A stretch of DNA of 32,000 nucleotides, from positions 65,572-97,571 of the forward strand of contig CAYYCX010000004.1 of NCBI GenBank assembly GCA_964470455.1, in the 5' to 3' direction. The DNA comes from an uncultured Wenzhouxiangellaceae bacterium. Lineage in GTDB: Bacteria > Pseudomonadota > Gammaproteobacteria > Xanthomonadales > SZUA-36. Made by a program: the position numbers and the translations under genes. This document shows, in pieces, positions 15,301 through 24,758 of this stretch. Every line of letters begins with the position of its first letter. Position 1 is the stretch's first letter. Below the pieces are notes generated by a model. It made no database searches. It had not been told where the DNA came from and was given only the letters and a program-made list of their open reading frames with translations.

Positions 15301-17063
15301 GTGGATGCCCTCCTGCTGAACGCCGTACGGGTGGAAACAGTGAAGGAAGCTGGGTAGTCCGTATCAGCGCCGTAGGTGACGGTAACCGGTTTGCCCTGGC
15401 CAATTGGGCCTATAAGAATCTCGATCCAGGCGTTTAGGATTTCGTAGGACTGATTGTTATATCGTTTGAGTTTACGATTGCGCAGAAAGTCTTGCGCATC
15501 TTCACGATTCTTTAGCGGTTTGATCCATACATCAGGCTCCAGCAAGAGCCACAGGACACTGGCACGCTCTTCAAGCCTTAGCTTGACACACTCGGCCCAG
15601 TGCGTATCGGGAAGTTCACGGACGGCTCCGCAAATTGGTGCGGGATTGCCACGAAAGCCAACGGCTTTCTTTAATGATGCGAAGCGTTCATCGTTAGCCT
15701 GCCGGTAGTCAACAACAGCGTAGCAGGTCTTTCCCTTCTTGCGTGAGAGTACGGGTTTGTCGCGGCAAAGTGCTTCTGAAACGCCATGCTCGTAGAGCGA
15801 CTTTAGATGTGTGGATGCGGCGATCTCAGCGACAGGATCGGCAATCTCCCGCATGCCGATATCATTCGCAATCAGCCCCTCCAAGCTTTTCGCAACCTTT
15901 GTTGAATCGCCCCAGAATACGACGCCATCCTGATAGGCAATGACGGCATCCGGCTGCTTCTCGCGCACAGCGGCAAACACATCGGCAACGGGAACATTGC
16001 CGGCAGGAAGCGAGCCGCACTGCCGGGGCGCGTCGACGATTTCGAGTGCGTTCGTTCGCAGGATCGGATAGCTCTTGCCGCATGCGGGCAACGGAATGGA
16101 TACCGGATGCGCCCGTGCTGAGCGCACATTGCCATCCAGTGCCTGTGGCTTGTCAGGAATTTGCCGCCAGATCTTGTAGAGCATCAGATCGAACGTTCCG
16201 GTCTCTACAATATAGGCCGCAACGCCCTTTTCCCGCGCAGCTTCGATAAACGCCGCGACAGCAGGTGCGGCGCTGGATGCGCGCGGGACGGACCACCAGA
16301 TTCCGTGCGGGAATGGATTGGGCTGCTCTAGCGCCTTTCCCAGCATGGCCATGACGTTGCTGTCCCGGCCGCTATAACCGGCGACGATCAGGCCGTTGCG
16401 TCCCGCCGCCGCAACGAAGCACTCCTGAATCTTCTCATCGTTACTAAGCAGATCCCTGGAAAGGTTTTTGATTTTCTGGTACCGAAAGTCCCCATGAATC
16501 TTTGCGTATAAGGGAAACCGCTCTGCATTTAGTGCTTCAAGCGCGGCATATGACCCTTCAAGATGAAAAGGCGTCAGGTTCTTTCCGGCTACGGCGGCGT
16601 AGGCATCCTCAATAACATCATCGAAATTCGTGGTGAAGACAAGACGTGACCGCTCCATTGCCAGAAGCGAAGCCAACGCGCGCGGCCCGATTGTCAGCGT
16701 CACCTTGTCCGGTGACATCTGCTCCTGAATATAGGATTGCTGTGCAGCGTAGTCCTCGCCGAACATCAGTTTGAAATAGTAGGAATATTCCTCATTACTC
16801 CAGATTTCCGGGCAGCCTTTGCCGTCGAAGTAGCTCTGGATCTTCGCCTTGATGGCATGATTGCTGACGTCATGAGCCTGAACGTCCTGGTTCTCTTTCG
16901 CGCAGTAGTACCGTCGCTTTAAATCCCAGATCAGATCCACCGCAGCGGGGAGACCGGACGAACGTGACGTGCCCGCGCCGAGTAACCACATAAGCTGCTG
17001 CGCATGCTGCACGAAGTGACGCAGAAACTCCTGTTCATCGATCTGTAAATTCACGCTGCTCAA
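15297..17063 (-). CDS. SIR2-APAZ protein (SIR2-family NADase domain fused to an APAZ-sized C-terminal region), partner of the short pAgo
   Basis: 588 aa. SIR2_2-type motifs are [23 protein letters not shown] and KIHGDF, followed by a C-terminal extension of about 300 aa. It is translationally coupled to the pAgo gene. The start is TTG 17063 or GTG 17054, and no in-frame ATG is available. Confidence 0.85.
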   Translation of the reverse strand: MSSVNLQIDEQEFLRHFVQHAQQLMWLLGAGTSRSSGLPAAVDLIWDLKRRYYCAKENQDVQAHDVSNHAIKAKIQSYFDGKGCPEIWSNEEYSYYFKLMFGEDYAAQQSYIQEQMSPDKVTLTIGPRALASLLAMERSRLVFTTNFDDVIEDAYAAVAGKNLTPFHLEGSYAALEALNAERFPLYAKIHGDFRYQKIKNLSRDLLSNDEKIQECFVAAAGRNGLIVAGYSGRDSNVMAMLGKALEQPNPFPHGIWWSVPRASSAAPAVAAFIEAAREKGVAAYIVETGTFDLMLYKIWRQIPDKPQALDGNVRSARAHPVSIPLPACGKSYPILRTNALEIVDAPRQCGSLPAGNVPVADVFAAVREKQPDAVIAYQDGVVFWGDSTKVAKSLEGLIANDIGMREIADPVAEIAASTHLKSLYEHGVSEALCRDKPVLSRKKGKTCYAVVDYRQANDERFASLKKAVGFRGNPAPICGAVRELPDTHWAECVKLRLEERASVLWLLLEPDVWIKPLKNREDAQDFLRNRKLKRYNNQSYEILNAWIEILIGPIGQGKPVTVTYGADTDYPASFTVSTRTAFSRRAST

Positions 17064-17256
17064 TCTGCCATCTGCCCCAAAAGTCTTTCCACGGCTCTTC
17101 AGCGCCGTTCAGCTCATACCAATCGATTTCTTCAGGTATGGAGATTGACTGCATCATGTCCCCTAATGTCCAACGCATTTAGCTAAGCGGCCACGCAAAG
17201 CCTAGGCCGAGTGAGCGCTACCAACGGCTTAAAGGCGTTGTGTGGTGACATTAGCA

Positions 17257-17787
17257 CTACGTGCTCCCAAATTTAGTGACCAGCGTGAAGTACACGAACC
17301 AGCTCCCTAAAGCAAAAGCCGCAAAAGAAAATGATAGCAACCCAATATACGTCCATTTGGAAATGCTTATCCATCGCTCGTTTTCGGCGTACATGAAATA
17401 ATGCATTGCGTGGTGAGCAGCCAAGCCCACTGCACCAAACAGCACACCCAACACATAGCCCGATAAAGAATTTACTAGCCCCATAAGAGTCGGTGCCAGA
17501 CCAACGTCTGGCCAAAGATTACCGACAAAAGCGAGAAGTGCTATTGCAGCACCAGCATTTATTATCATTGCAGTTCGAAGCGCGGATTGAGCTGAAGTGT
17601 ACTCCGAACGAAATGCTTCAATCGATGTTTCAACTGCAGCTTGGAAATTGACTATGTCTAGTTGGCTTGGGTCCTCAGTATCGACCAAGTCACGGATTTG
17701 CATACCCCAGATTTCCTTGATTCTAGGTCGCAACTTCTTATCCGAAACTTTCATTGTTATGGATTTCAAGCGATTTTCTCTTGGCAC
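17257..17787 (-). CDS. Hypothetical polytopic membrane protein
   Basis: 176 aa (GTG at 17787; an alternative ATG at 17754 gives MKVSDKK...). The N-terminal 70 aa or so are polar. Three to four hydrophobic helices follow (IINAGAAIALLAFVG, LSGYVLGVLFGAVGLAA, IGLLSFSFAAFALGSWFVYF). The gene is AT-richer than its neighbours by eye. Confidence 0.6.
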   Translation of the reverse strand: MPRENRLKSITMKVSDKKLRPRIKEIWGMQIRDLVDTEDPSQLDIVNFQAAVETSIEAFRSEYTSAQSALRTAMIINAGAAIALLAFVGNLWPDVGLAPTLMGLVNSLSGYVLGVLFGAVGLAAHHAMHYFMYAENERWISISKWTYIGLLSFSFAAFALGSWFVYFTLVTKFGST

Positions 17788-17950
17788 CTTATTACGTTTT
17801 TACAGAAACTGTCGTGTTCAGGACTGTCAGAGCACGATATCGCCACTTGCTTTCCAAAACTACTTTTAAATCAGTTTCATAAATTTCACAACTTGGTTCT
17901 TCGAGGGTGGCGAAGAGGTCGAAGGTTTGAGGCCGAGGATTTGAAATAGG

Positions 17951-19570
17951 TCAAGCGGCGGTGGTCAGTTCGGAAACGGCGGCCTTCATGAGGGTTGCGC
18001 CGGTGCTGTGGGCGGTGGCGAGCTGGGCTTCCAAGGCGTCCACCAAGGCCATCAGTTCGTCCACTTTAGCCACGATCCGGTGTTGTTCGGCGAGGGGCGG
18101 GATGGGTACAGGATACGCTGCGAGCGAACGCCCTGTCAGGTGCTTGATCGTGGCTCCGGTGAAATAGCTAGCAAGTACACCATTCGAACTATCAATCTGA
18201 AGATTGAGCGCGAGAAATTCAGTCATTACAGCGGCGCATGGGCGAACGCGATGAATAGCCTTTTGAAAGTACATTTCGGAAACTTCATCGCCCCAGATGG
18301 CGCAGCGACCCGGTTCACCTCCCTCACAGATGAGCAAATCACCATACTTCAGCCGAAGTTCATTCACTTCACGTTGCTCGACTTTCATATTCTTTATGTC
18401 ATTAAGATCAAACCGCATCCACTGCACGTTTGTATTCCTGAGGTAGGGCTTGAGCTCGCCGCGATTCTTTTCCACGTCCAACATTTTTCCCAAGCGTTGT
18501 TCGCCTACACCTGCAAAGGAAATCCAAGTCCATGAATCTGGTACAGCTTGCCGATCTGCATCCGGCGTTACCGCCCACCTGTCCAAATCAACGCCGCAGG
18601 AGCTAAGTGCGCTCTCTGATGGTTCGTCGTTGGGGTCCTGGGGGACGAGTTTGCCATGGACGGCGAGGGTGAGGATGGACTTGCGGAGGTCGGCGGGGGA
18701 GATGCTGTAGGACTTGTGGAAGAGCAGGTCGAGGTTGACTGGGGTGGGTGCGTCGGCGAAGCGGGCTAGCGACGCCTGGGCGAGTTCGGTGTGCCGTGTC
18801 TCCCGTTCCTGTTGCTGCGCTTCCAGCCGATCACACAACTCCATCAGCTCATCCACTTTGGCCACGATTCGCTTTTGCTCGGCGAGCGGTGGGAGCGGAA
18901 ACGGTGCAAGTCGGGCATCAACAGTCCCGAGGCGTGGCAGATTCATCCCGTAGCTCTTGGAGTTCGCGTATGCGAGGAACGCTGGACGCTTCAGCGCATA
19001 GCAAAGGTAGCCGGGATCAATAAACCCAAACGCACGGATTGGGATGATCTCGGTGGTGCAATAGCCCGATGCATCTGCAACGAGTACCTTATTCAGGTAT
19101 GGGCGGAGCTTTCCATAGAGGACATCGCCCGTGCGGAATGCTGTCTTCGTACTCTTTGAGGGACTCTCACGAAATATCTTTCTCTGCAGCAGCCGGGAGG
19201 TGTCTTTTTCAATGTCTTCCAAATCAAGGAGCCATGTGTCCTCCGGAATGTCTGTCGATTTGACTTTTTCCGACGAGCCGTAGTCGACGACATTGCCGAG
19301 CCGCACCCACTGCCAGCTAGAAGGAATTATCGAAAGGTTGTCGTCGTCGAGCGCCTCGACCGGTGAACAGCGTACCTCTTTTCGACTCCGCAAGGCCGCA
19401 AAGTGTCTTTCGATTCGTTCCACCAAGGCTGCCGCTGGTTCATCCGCGGAGGATTGCTCGACGAGTCGGCCGGTGGTAGCCCATTCAAGTACCAACTCCC
19501 GCATCTTCGCCACTGCATCGGGTGCATCAGCGAAGAGTTCGAACTTTTCGAAGAAAGTCTCCAGCTTCAT
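17951..19570 (-). CDS. hsdS: Type I restriction-modification system specificity subunit HsdS
   Basis: 539 aa with two target-recognition regions. They are separated and followed by conserved helices: PPLAEQKRIVAKVDELMELCDRLEAQ and PPLAEQHRIVAKVDELMALVDALEAQ. A 4-nt overlap links it to hsdM. Confidence 0.9.
   Translation of the reverse strand: MKLETFFEKFELFADAPDAVAKMRELVLEWATTGRLVEQSSADEPAAALVERIERHFAALRSRKEVRCSPVEALDDDNLSIIPSSWQWVRLGNVVDYGSSEKVKSTDIPEDTWLLDLEDIEKDTSRLLQRKIFRESPSKSTKTAFRTGDVLYGKLRPYLNKVLVADASGYCTTEIIPIRAFGFIDPGYLCYALKRPAFLAYANSKSYGMNLPRLGTVDARLAPFPLPPLAEQKRIVAKVDELMELCDRLEAQQQERETRHTELAQASLARFADAPTPVNLDLLFHKSYSISPADLRKSILTLAVHGKLVPQDPNDEPSESALSSCGVDLDRWAVTPDADRQAVPDSWTWISFAGVGEQRLGKMLDVEKNRGELKPYLRNTNVQWMRFDLNDIKNMKVEQREVNELRLKYGDLLICEGGEPGRCAIWGDEVSEMYFQKAIHRVRPCAAVMTEFLALNLQIDSSNGVLASYFTGATIKHLTGRSLAAYPVPIPPLAEQHRIVAKVDELMALVDALEAQLATAHSTGATLMKAAVSELTTAA
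18049..18106. repeat. hsdS conserved-region repeat, copy 1 (C-terminal helix)
   Basis: This 58-bp segment is about 81% identical (47/58 by hand alignment) to 18841-18898. Confidence 0.8.
18841..18898. repeat. hsdS conserved-region repeat, copy 2 (central helix)
   Basis: Direct repeat of 18049-18106, located 792 bp away. This is the usual substrate for TRD shuffling in type I S subunits. Confidence 0.8.
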
Positions 19571-21042
19571 TCAGCCGTCCCTGCGGTGGCGCTTAGTGCT
19601 TTCTGAAGTTCTGCCTTCAGCGCAGCGCGGGTCTCAGCGATTTGAGCGAGGAGTTTTTCGTATTCGGGCAAAAGGTGATCCACGTCGCCAGGGCCGGTGT
19701 CGGGGTTGTGCGGGTTCTTGAGATCGAGGTTGTAGTTGCCGGCCTTGATGTCTTCGATGGACACGCGCCAGGCTTGCTCGTTCTCTGCGCGGGCGGCGAA
19801 GCCGTCATCCTCGCTGCCCCACCAGGCTTTTTCGTTTTCGAACTCCTCGATGCGGATGGGTTTGCCTTTGTTGTAGCTCTTGGCGCCGGGGGGATAGGGG
19901 TGCTCGTAATACCAGACAGCGGTGGTCGGCGCGCCTTTGGTGAAGAACAGCAGGTTGGTGCGGATGCCGGTGTAGGGGTTGAACACGCCGTTGGGCAACC
20001 GGACGATGGTGTGAAGGTTGCAGTCGGTGAGCAACGCTTCCTTGATGCGGGTTTTCACACCTTCACCGAACAGGGTGCCGTCGGGTAATACCAGGCCTGC
20101 GCGGCCGCCCGGTTTGAGCAACTTCATCAGCAGCACCAGGAACAGGTCGGCGGTTTCGCGGGTACGGAAATCGGCGGGGAAGTTGGCTTCGATGCCGTCT
20201 TCCTCCATGCCGCCGAAGGGTGGATTGGTGACGATCACATCCACGCGTTCCTTTGGGCTCCAGTCGCGCAGTGGACGGGCCAGTGTGTTGTCATGGCGAA
20301 CATTCGACGGAACGTCGATGCCATGCAGCAGGAGATTGGTCATGCACAAAACGTGCGGCAGATGTTTCTTCTCGATGCCGGCAAAGCAGTCCTGGATGGT
20401 GCGCTCGTCGGCCTCGGTTTTGGCCTGCTTGCGCAGGTGCTCGATGGCGCAAACCAGGAAGCCGCCGGTGCCGCAGGCGGGGTCGAGGACGGTTTCACCG
20501 AGCCTGGGGTTGACCTGGTCAACGATAAACTGGGTAACGGCGCGTGGGGTATAGAACTCGCCTGAGTTGCCGGCTGACTGCAGGTCTTTGAGCAACTTCT
20601 CGTAGATGTCGCCGAACATGTGGCGGTCATCGGAGGCGTTGAAGTCGATGCCGTTGATCTTGTTGATCACCTGCCGCATCAGGGTGCCGTTCTTCATGTA
20701 GTTGTTGGCGTCCTCGAACACCATGCGGATCAGGCCGGCAATCTTGTCGGCGCCACCCGTCAGCGCCTTGAGCTTGGGCAGCAGGGTGTTGTTGACGAAG
20801 TCGAGCAGCGGCTCGCCGGTGATGCCTTCGTCATCGGCCGCCCAGGCGGACCAGCGCAGGTGCTGCGGCAGCGGCGATTTGTAGGTGTCGCGCAGAATTT
20901 CCATTTCCTTTTCGCGGTCGTCGAAGATCTTCAGGAAGAACATCCAGCCGAGTTGTTCGAGTCTTTGTGCATCGCCGTACGTACCGGCGTCCTTGCGCAT
21001 GATGTCCTGGATGGTTTTGACGAGGTTGGAGACGTTGGGCAT
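19567..21042 (-). CDS. hsdM: Type I restriction-modification system N6-adenine DNA methyltransferase subunit HsdM
   Basis: 491 aa. Motif I is LDPACGTGGFL and motif IV is VIVTNPPFGG. It lies between hsdR and hsdS. Confidence 0.92.
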   Translation of the reverse strand: MPNVSNLVKTIQDIMRKDAGTYGDAQRLEQLGWMFFLKIFDDREKEMEILRDTYKSPLPQHLRWSAWAADDEGITGEPLLDFVNNTLLPKLKALTGGADKIAGLIRMVFEDANNYMKNGTLMRQVINKINGIDFNASDDRHMFGDIYEKLLKDLQSAGNSGEFYTPRAVTQFIVDQVNPRLGETVLDPACGTGGFLVCAIEHLRKQAKTEADERTIQDCFAGIEKKHLPHVLCMTNLLLHGIDVPSNVRHDNTLARPLRDWSPKERVDVIVTNPPFGGMEEDGIEANFPADFRTRETADLFLVLLMKLLKPGGRAGLVLPDGTLFGEGVKTRIKEALLTDCNLHTIVRLPNGVFNPYTGIRTNLLFFTKGAPTTAVWYYEHPYPPGAKSYNKGKPIRIEEFENEKAWWGSEDDGFAARAENEQAWRVSIEDIKAGNYNLDLKNPHNPDTGPGDVDHLLPEYEKLLAQIAETRAALKAELQKALSATAGTAE

Positions 21043-21045
21043 GGG

Positions 21046-23433
21046 TCAGGCGGCTTCCTGGTAAAGCTGGGTTTCAAGTTCGTGAATAGCGGCGAGGTAG
21101 TTCTCCCTGCCGCCAAAAAGGTGGACGATTTCAACCGGTGTGCCGAAGCGGGTCAGAGGGTCGACTTTGAGGATTTCGAGCGACTCAACGCTTCTCAGGC
21201 CGGCATCGGCGTATTTGTCGAGCAGGGCTTCGAGCACCGCGCGCACCGGGTCGCCATACTTGCCGAACACATTGCGCTTGCGCACCTTCTCCGCTCGTTC
21301 GCGCCGCGTGAGTGGCGGCTGGTCGAAGGCAATGTGGCAGATGAGATCGAACGCGTCGAGGTCGCGGCCAACCTGGTCGGAGAGTTCATCGATGAACACG
21401 CCATGGCTGGCAAGTTCATCGATAACGGCCTGCTTGCGCTCGGCGGCGTTCCAGGCGTTGAGGAAAGTATCCAGCGACGCATAGGTTTTGCGCACGGCCT
21501 TGCGCGTGTAGTCCTTCAGCGATTCGGTGATGAGCTTGCCGTTGGCATCGAGGTACTGCACCCGCTCGCTGACGATGTTGACCTCCACATCGTCCACCAC
21601 GAACTTGCGGGTGGGTTCGTGTACTCCGCCCGGCGGCTCGCCGCCTATGATGTCGGTTGGCCCTTCGCCTGCAGGTACGCCAGAGCCTTCCTGTTCATCC
21701 GGCAGCACCGGAGGCTCACCGGGCCTGGGTTCATAGATTTGCACCGGGTCACCATCAAAGTCCGGATCGGCGAACAGCGCCGTGGCCCGCTTGAAGTCCA
21801 TGATGGTGAAGTAGAACTTGTTGTAGTCCTCATTGATGCGCGTACCGCGGCCGATGATCTGCTTGAACTCGGTCATCGACTGGATGCGCTTGTCGAGCAC
21901 GATCAGGCGGCAGGTCTGCGCGTCTACGCCGGTGGACATCAGCTGCGAGGTGGTGGCGATCACCGGAAAAGTGGATTCGGGGTCGATGAAGTTGTCGAGC
22001 TGGGCTTTACCTTCGTCGTTATCACCGGTAATGCGCATCACGTAGCGGGGGTTGGCCGCCGCCAGGTCGGCATTGGTATTGACCAGCGCCTGGCGCATCC
22101 GCTCGGCGTGGTCGATGTTCTCGCAAAACACGATGGTCTTGGCGTATCGGTCGGTGGCCCTGAGGAATTCCGTGACCTTGGCAGCCACCAGCTCAGTGCG
22201 CTTTTCCAGGATCAGGTTGCGGTCGAAATCGGTTTCGTTGTATTCGCGGTCGTCGATGAGCTGGCCGTACTTGTCGGTTTTGCCCTTTTCAGGGCGCCAG
22301 CCTTCCAGATCCCGGTCGATGCCGATGCGCACGACTTTGTAGGGGGCGAGAAAGCCGTCCTCGATGCCCTGCTTGAGCGAGTAGGTGTAAATCGGGTCGC
22401 CGAAGTACTCGATGTTGGAGACGTCTTTGGTCTCCTTGGGTGTAGCGGTCATGCCAATCTGGGTGGCCGACGAGAAATATTCCAGCACTTTGCGCCAGTT
22501 GGCATCCTCGGCGGCGCTGCCGCGATGACACTCATCGACGATCACCAGGTCGAAGAAATCCGGGGAGAACTGCCTGTAGATGTTTTGCTCTTCCTCGGTG
22601 CCCGTCACTGCCTGGTAAAGCGACAGATAGATCTCAAAGGCCTTATCCACCGTGCGGTTGGTGATCTTGGTCATGGCCTGGCCAAACGGCTTGAAGTCGT
22701 TGGTCTTGGTCTGGTCGGCGAGGATATTGCGATCCACCAGGAACAGAATTCGCTTTTTGGCGCCCGATTTCCACAGGCGCCAGATGATCTGGAAGGCCGT
22801 GTAGGTCTTGCCGGTGCCGGTTGCCATCACCAGCAGGAGGCGGTTCTCACCTCGTGCGATGGCATCGATGGTGCGGTTAATGGCGATGAGTTGGTAGTAG
22901 CGCGGCGCTTTGCCCGAGCCGTCGTCGTAATAATCCTGGCTGGCCACCTCCTGCTGGGCGGCTGTGTAGCCTTTGGCCTTGCTGTAACGCGCCCAGAGCT
23001 CCTCGGGCGTGGGGAACTGGTCGAGCGGAATTTCCCGTTCGACGGGGCCGGATTGGGCGGTGCGATCATGCTCCAGGAAGGCATCGCCATTGCTGCTGTA
23101 GGCGAACGGCAGGTCGAGGATCTGGGCATATTCCAGGGCCTGCTGCATGCCGGCGCCCACCGTGTGGGTGTTGTCCTTGGCCTCGATTACAGCAATGGGC
23201 AGGCCGGGTTTGAGGTACAGGATGTAATCCGCCTTCTTGGCTTCGCCACGCTTGACCGTCTTACCCCGAACAATCACCCGGCCCTTGGTGAAATAGATTT
23301 CCTCGCGCAACTGAGTCATCACATTCCACTTGCCGCCATTGGGGCCGCCGGTGGGGCCGCCATTGGGGCCGACCAGCGCGGGCGTGATGAACTTGGTGCG
23401 GATGTCCGCTTCGGTAAGGTTCTTCTTGTCCAT
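21046..23433 (-). CDS. hsdR: Type I restriction enzyme R subunit HsdR (short, EcoEI/type IB-like architecture)
   Basis: 795 aa. Helicase motifs are LLVMATGTGKT, VIVDECHRG and TTSQLMSTGVDA...QIIGRGTR. The C-terminal ~150 aa (VFIDELSDQVGRDLDAFDLICHIAFDQPPLTRRERA...) resemble the EcoEI-type R-subunit C-terminal domain. Confidence 0.9.
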   Translation of the reverse strand: MDKKNLTEADIRTKFITPALVGPNGGPTGGPNGGKWNVMTQLREEIYFTKGRVIVRGKTVKRGEAKKADYILYLKPGLPIAVIEAKDNTHTVGAGMQQALEYAQILDLPFAYSSNGDAFLEHDRTAQSGPVEREIPLDQFPTPEELWARYSKAKGYTAAQQEVASQDYYDDGSGKAPRYYQLIAINRTIDAIARGENRLLLVMATGTGKTYTAFQIIWRLWKSGAKKRILFLVDRNILADQTKTNDFKPFGQAMTKITNRTVDKAFEIYLSLYQAVTGTEEEQNIYRQFSPDFFDLVIVDECHRGSAAEDANWRKVLEYFSSATQIGMTATPKETKDVSNIEYFGDPIYTYSLKQGIEDGFLAPYKVVRIGIDRDLEGWRPEKGKTDKYGQLIDDREYNETDFDRNLILEKRTELVAAKVTEFLRATDRYAKTIVFCENIDHAERMRQALVNTNADLAAANPRYVMRITGDNDEGKAQLDNFIDPESTFPVIATTSQLMSTGVDAQTCRLIVLDKRIQSMTEFKQIIGRGTRINEDYNKFYFTIMDFKRATALFADPDFDGDPVQIYEPRPGEPPVLPDEQEGSGVPAGEGPTDIIGGEPPGGVHEPTRKFVVDDVEVNIVSERVQYLDANGKLITESLKDYTRKAVRKTYASLDTFLNAWNAAERKQAVIDELASHGVFIDELSDQVGRDLDAFDLICHIAFDQPPLTRRERAEKVRKRNVFGKYGDPVRAVLEALLDKYADAGLRSVESLEILKVDPLTRFGTPVEIVHLFGGRENYLAAIHELETQLYQEAA
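23332..23367. repeat. Three imperfect 12-nt tandem repeats inside the 5' end of hsdR (encoding GPNG-GPTG-GPNG)
   Basis: The plus strand reads GCCGCCATTGGG / GCCGCCGGTGGG / GCCGCCATTGGG, followed by a degenerate fourth unit. The protein reads ITPALVGPNGGPTGGPNGGKWNV. Confidence 0.8.
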
Positions 23434-23485
23434 TAAGCTCAGGATATTAGCCTAAGCTCCGCCAGTGTAGCCATGCGACGAGTAG

Positions 23486-24594
<1,109 letters not shown>

Positions 24595-24758
24595 GGCTTT
24601 CCTTTACCCCTTTTCCTTCAAGGCGATTGCGGGCTCACGACGGACGCAAAAAAACTGCCTGCACTGCGTCGCTGATGATTTGGTGCGGGCATGGACAACC
24701 TTTCGACGAACCCCGCTTGAAGCTATGTTGCAGACCTGTTCCGGTTAAAGCAAGTCAT

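Noticed and set aside
20620-23436. A 938-aa ORF on the plus strand, the longest ORF in the window.
   Set aside because: It runs antisense across hsdR, the hsdR/hsdM junction and part of hsdM. Both of those genes carry unmistakable helicase and methyltransferase motifs on the minus strand. The translation is a low-complexity Gly/Val/Ala/Asp/Leu-rich sequence typical of shadow ORFs in GC-rich DNA.
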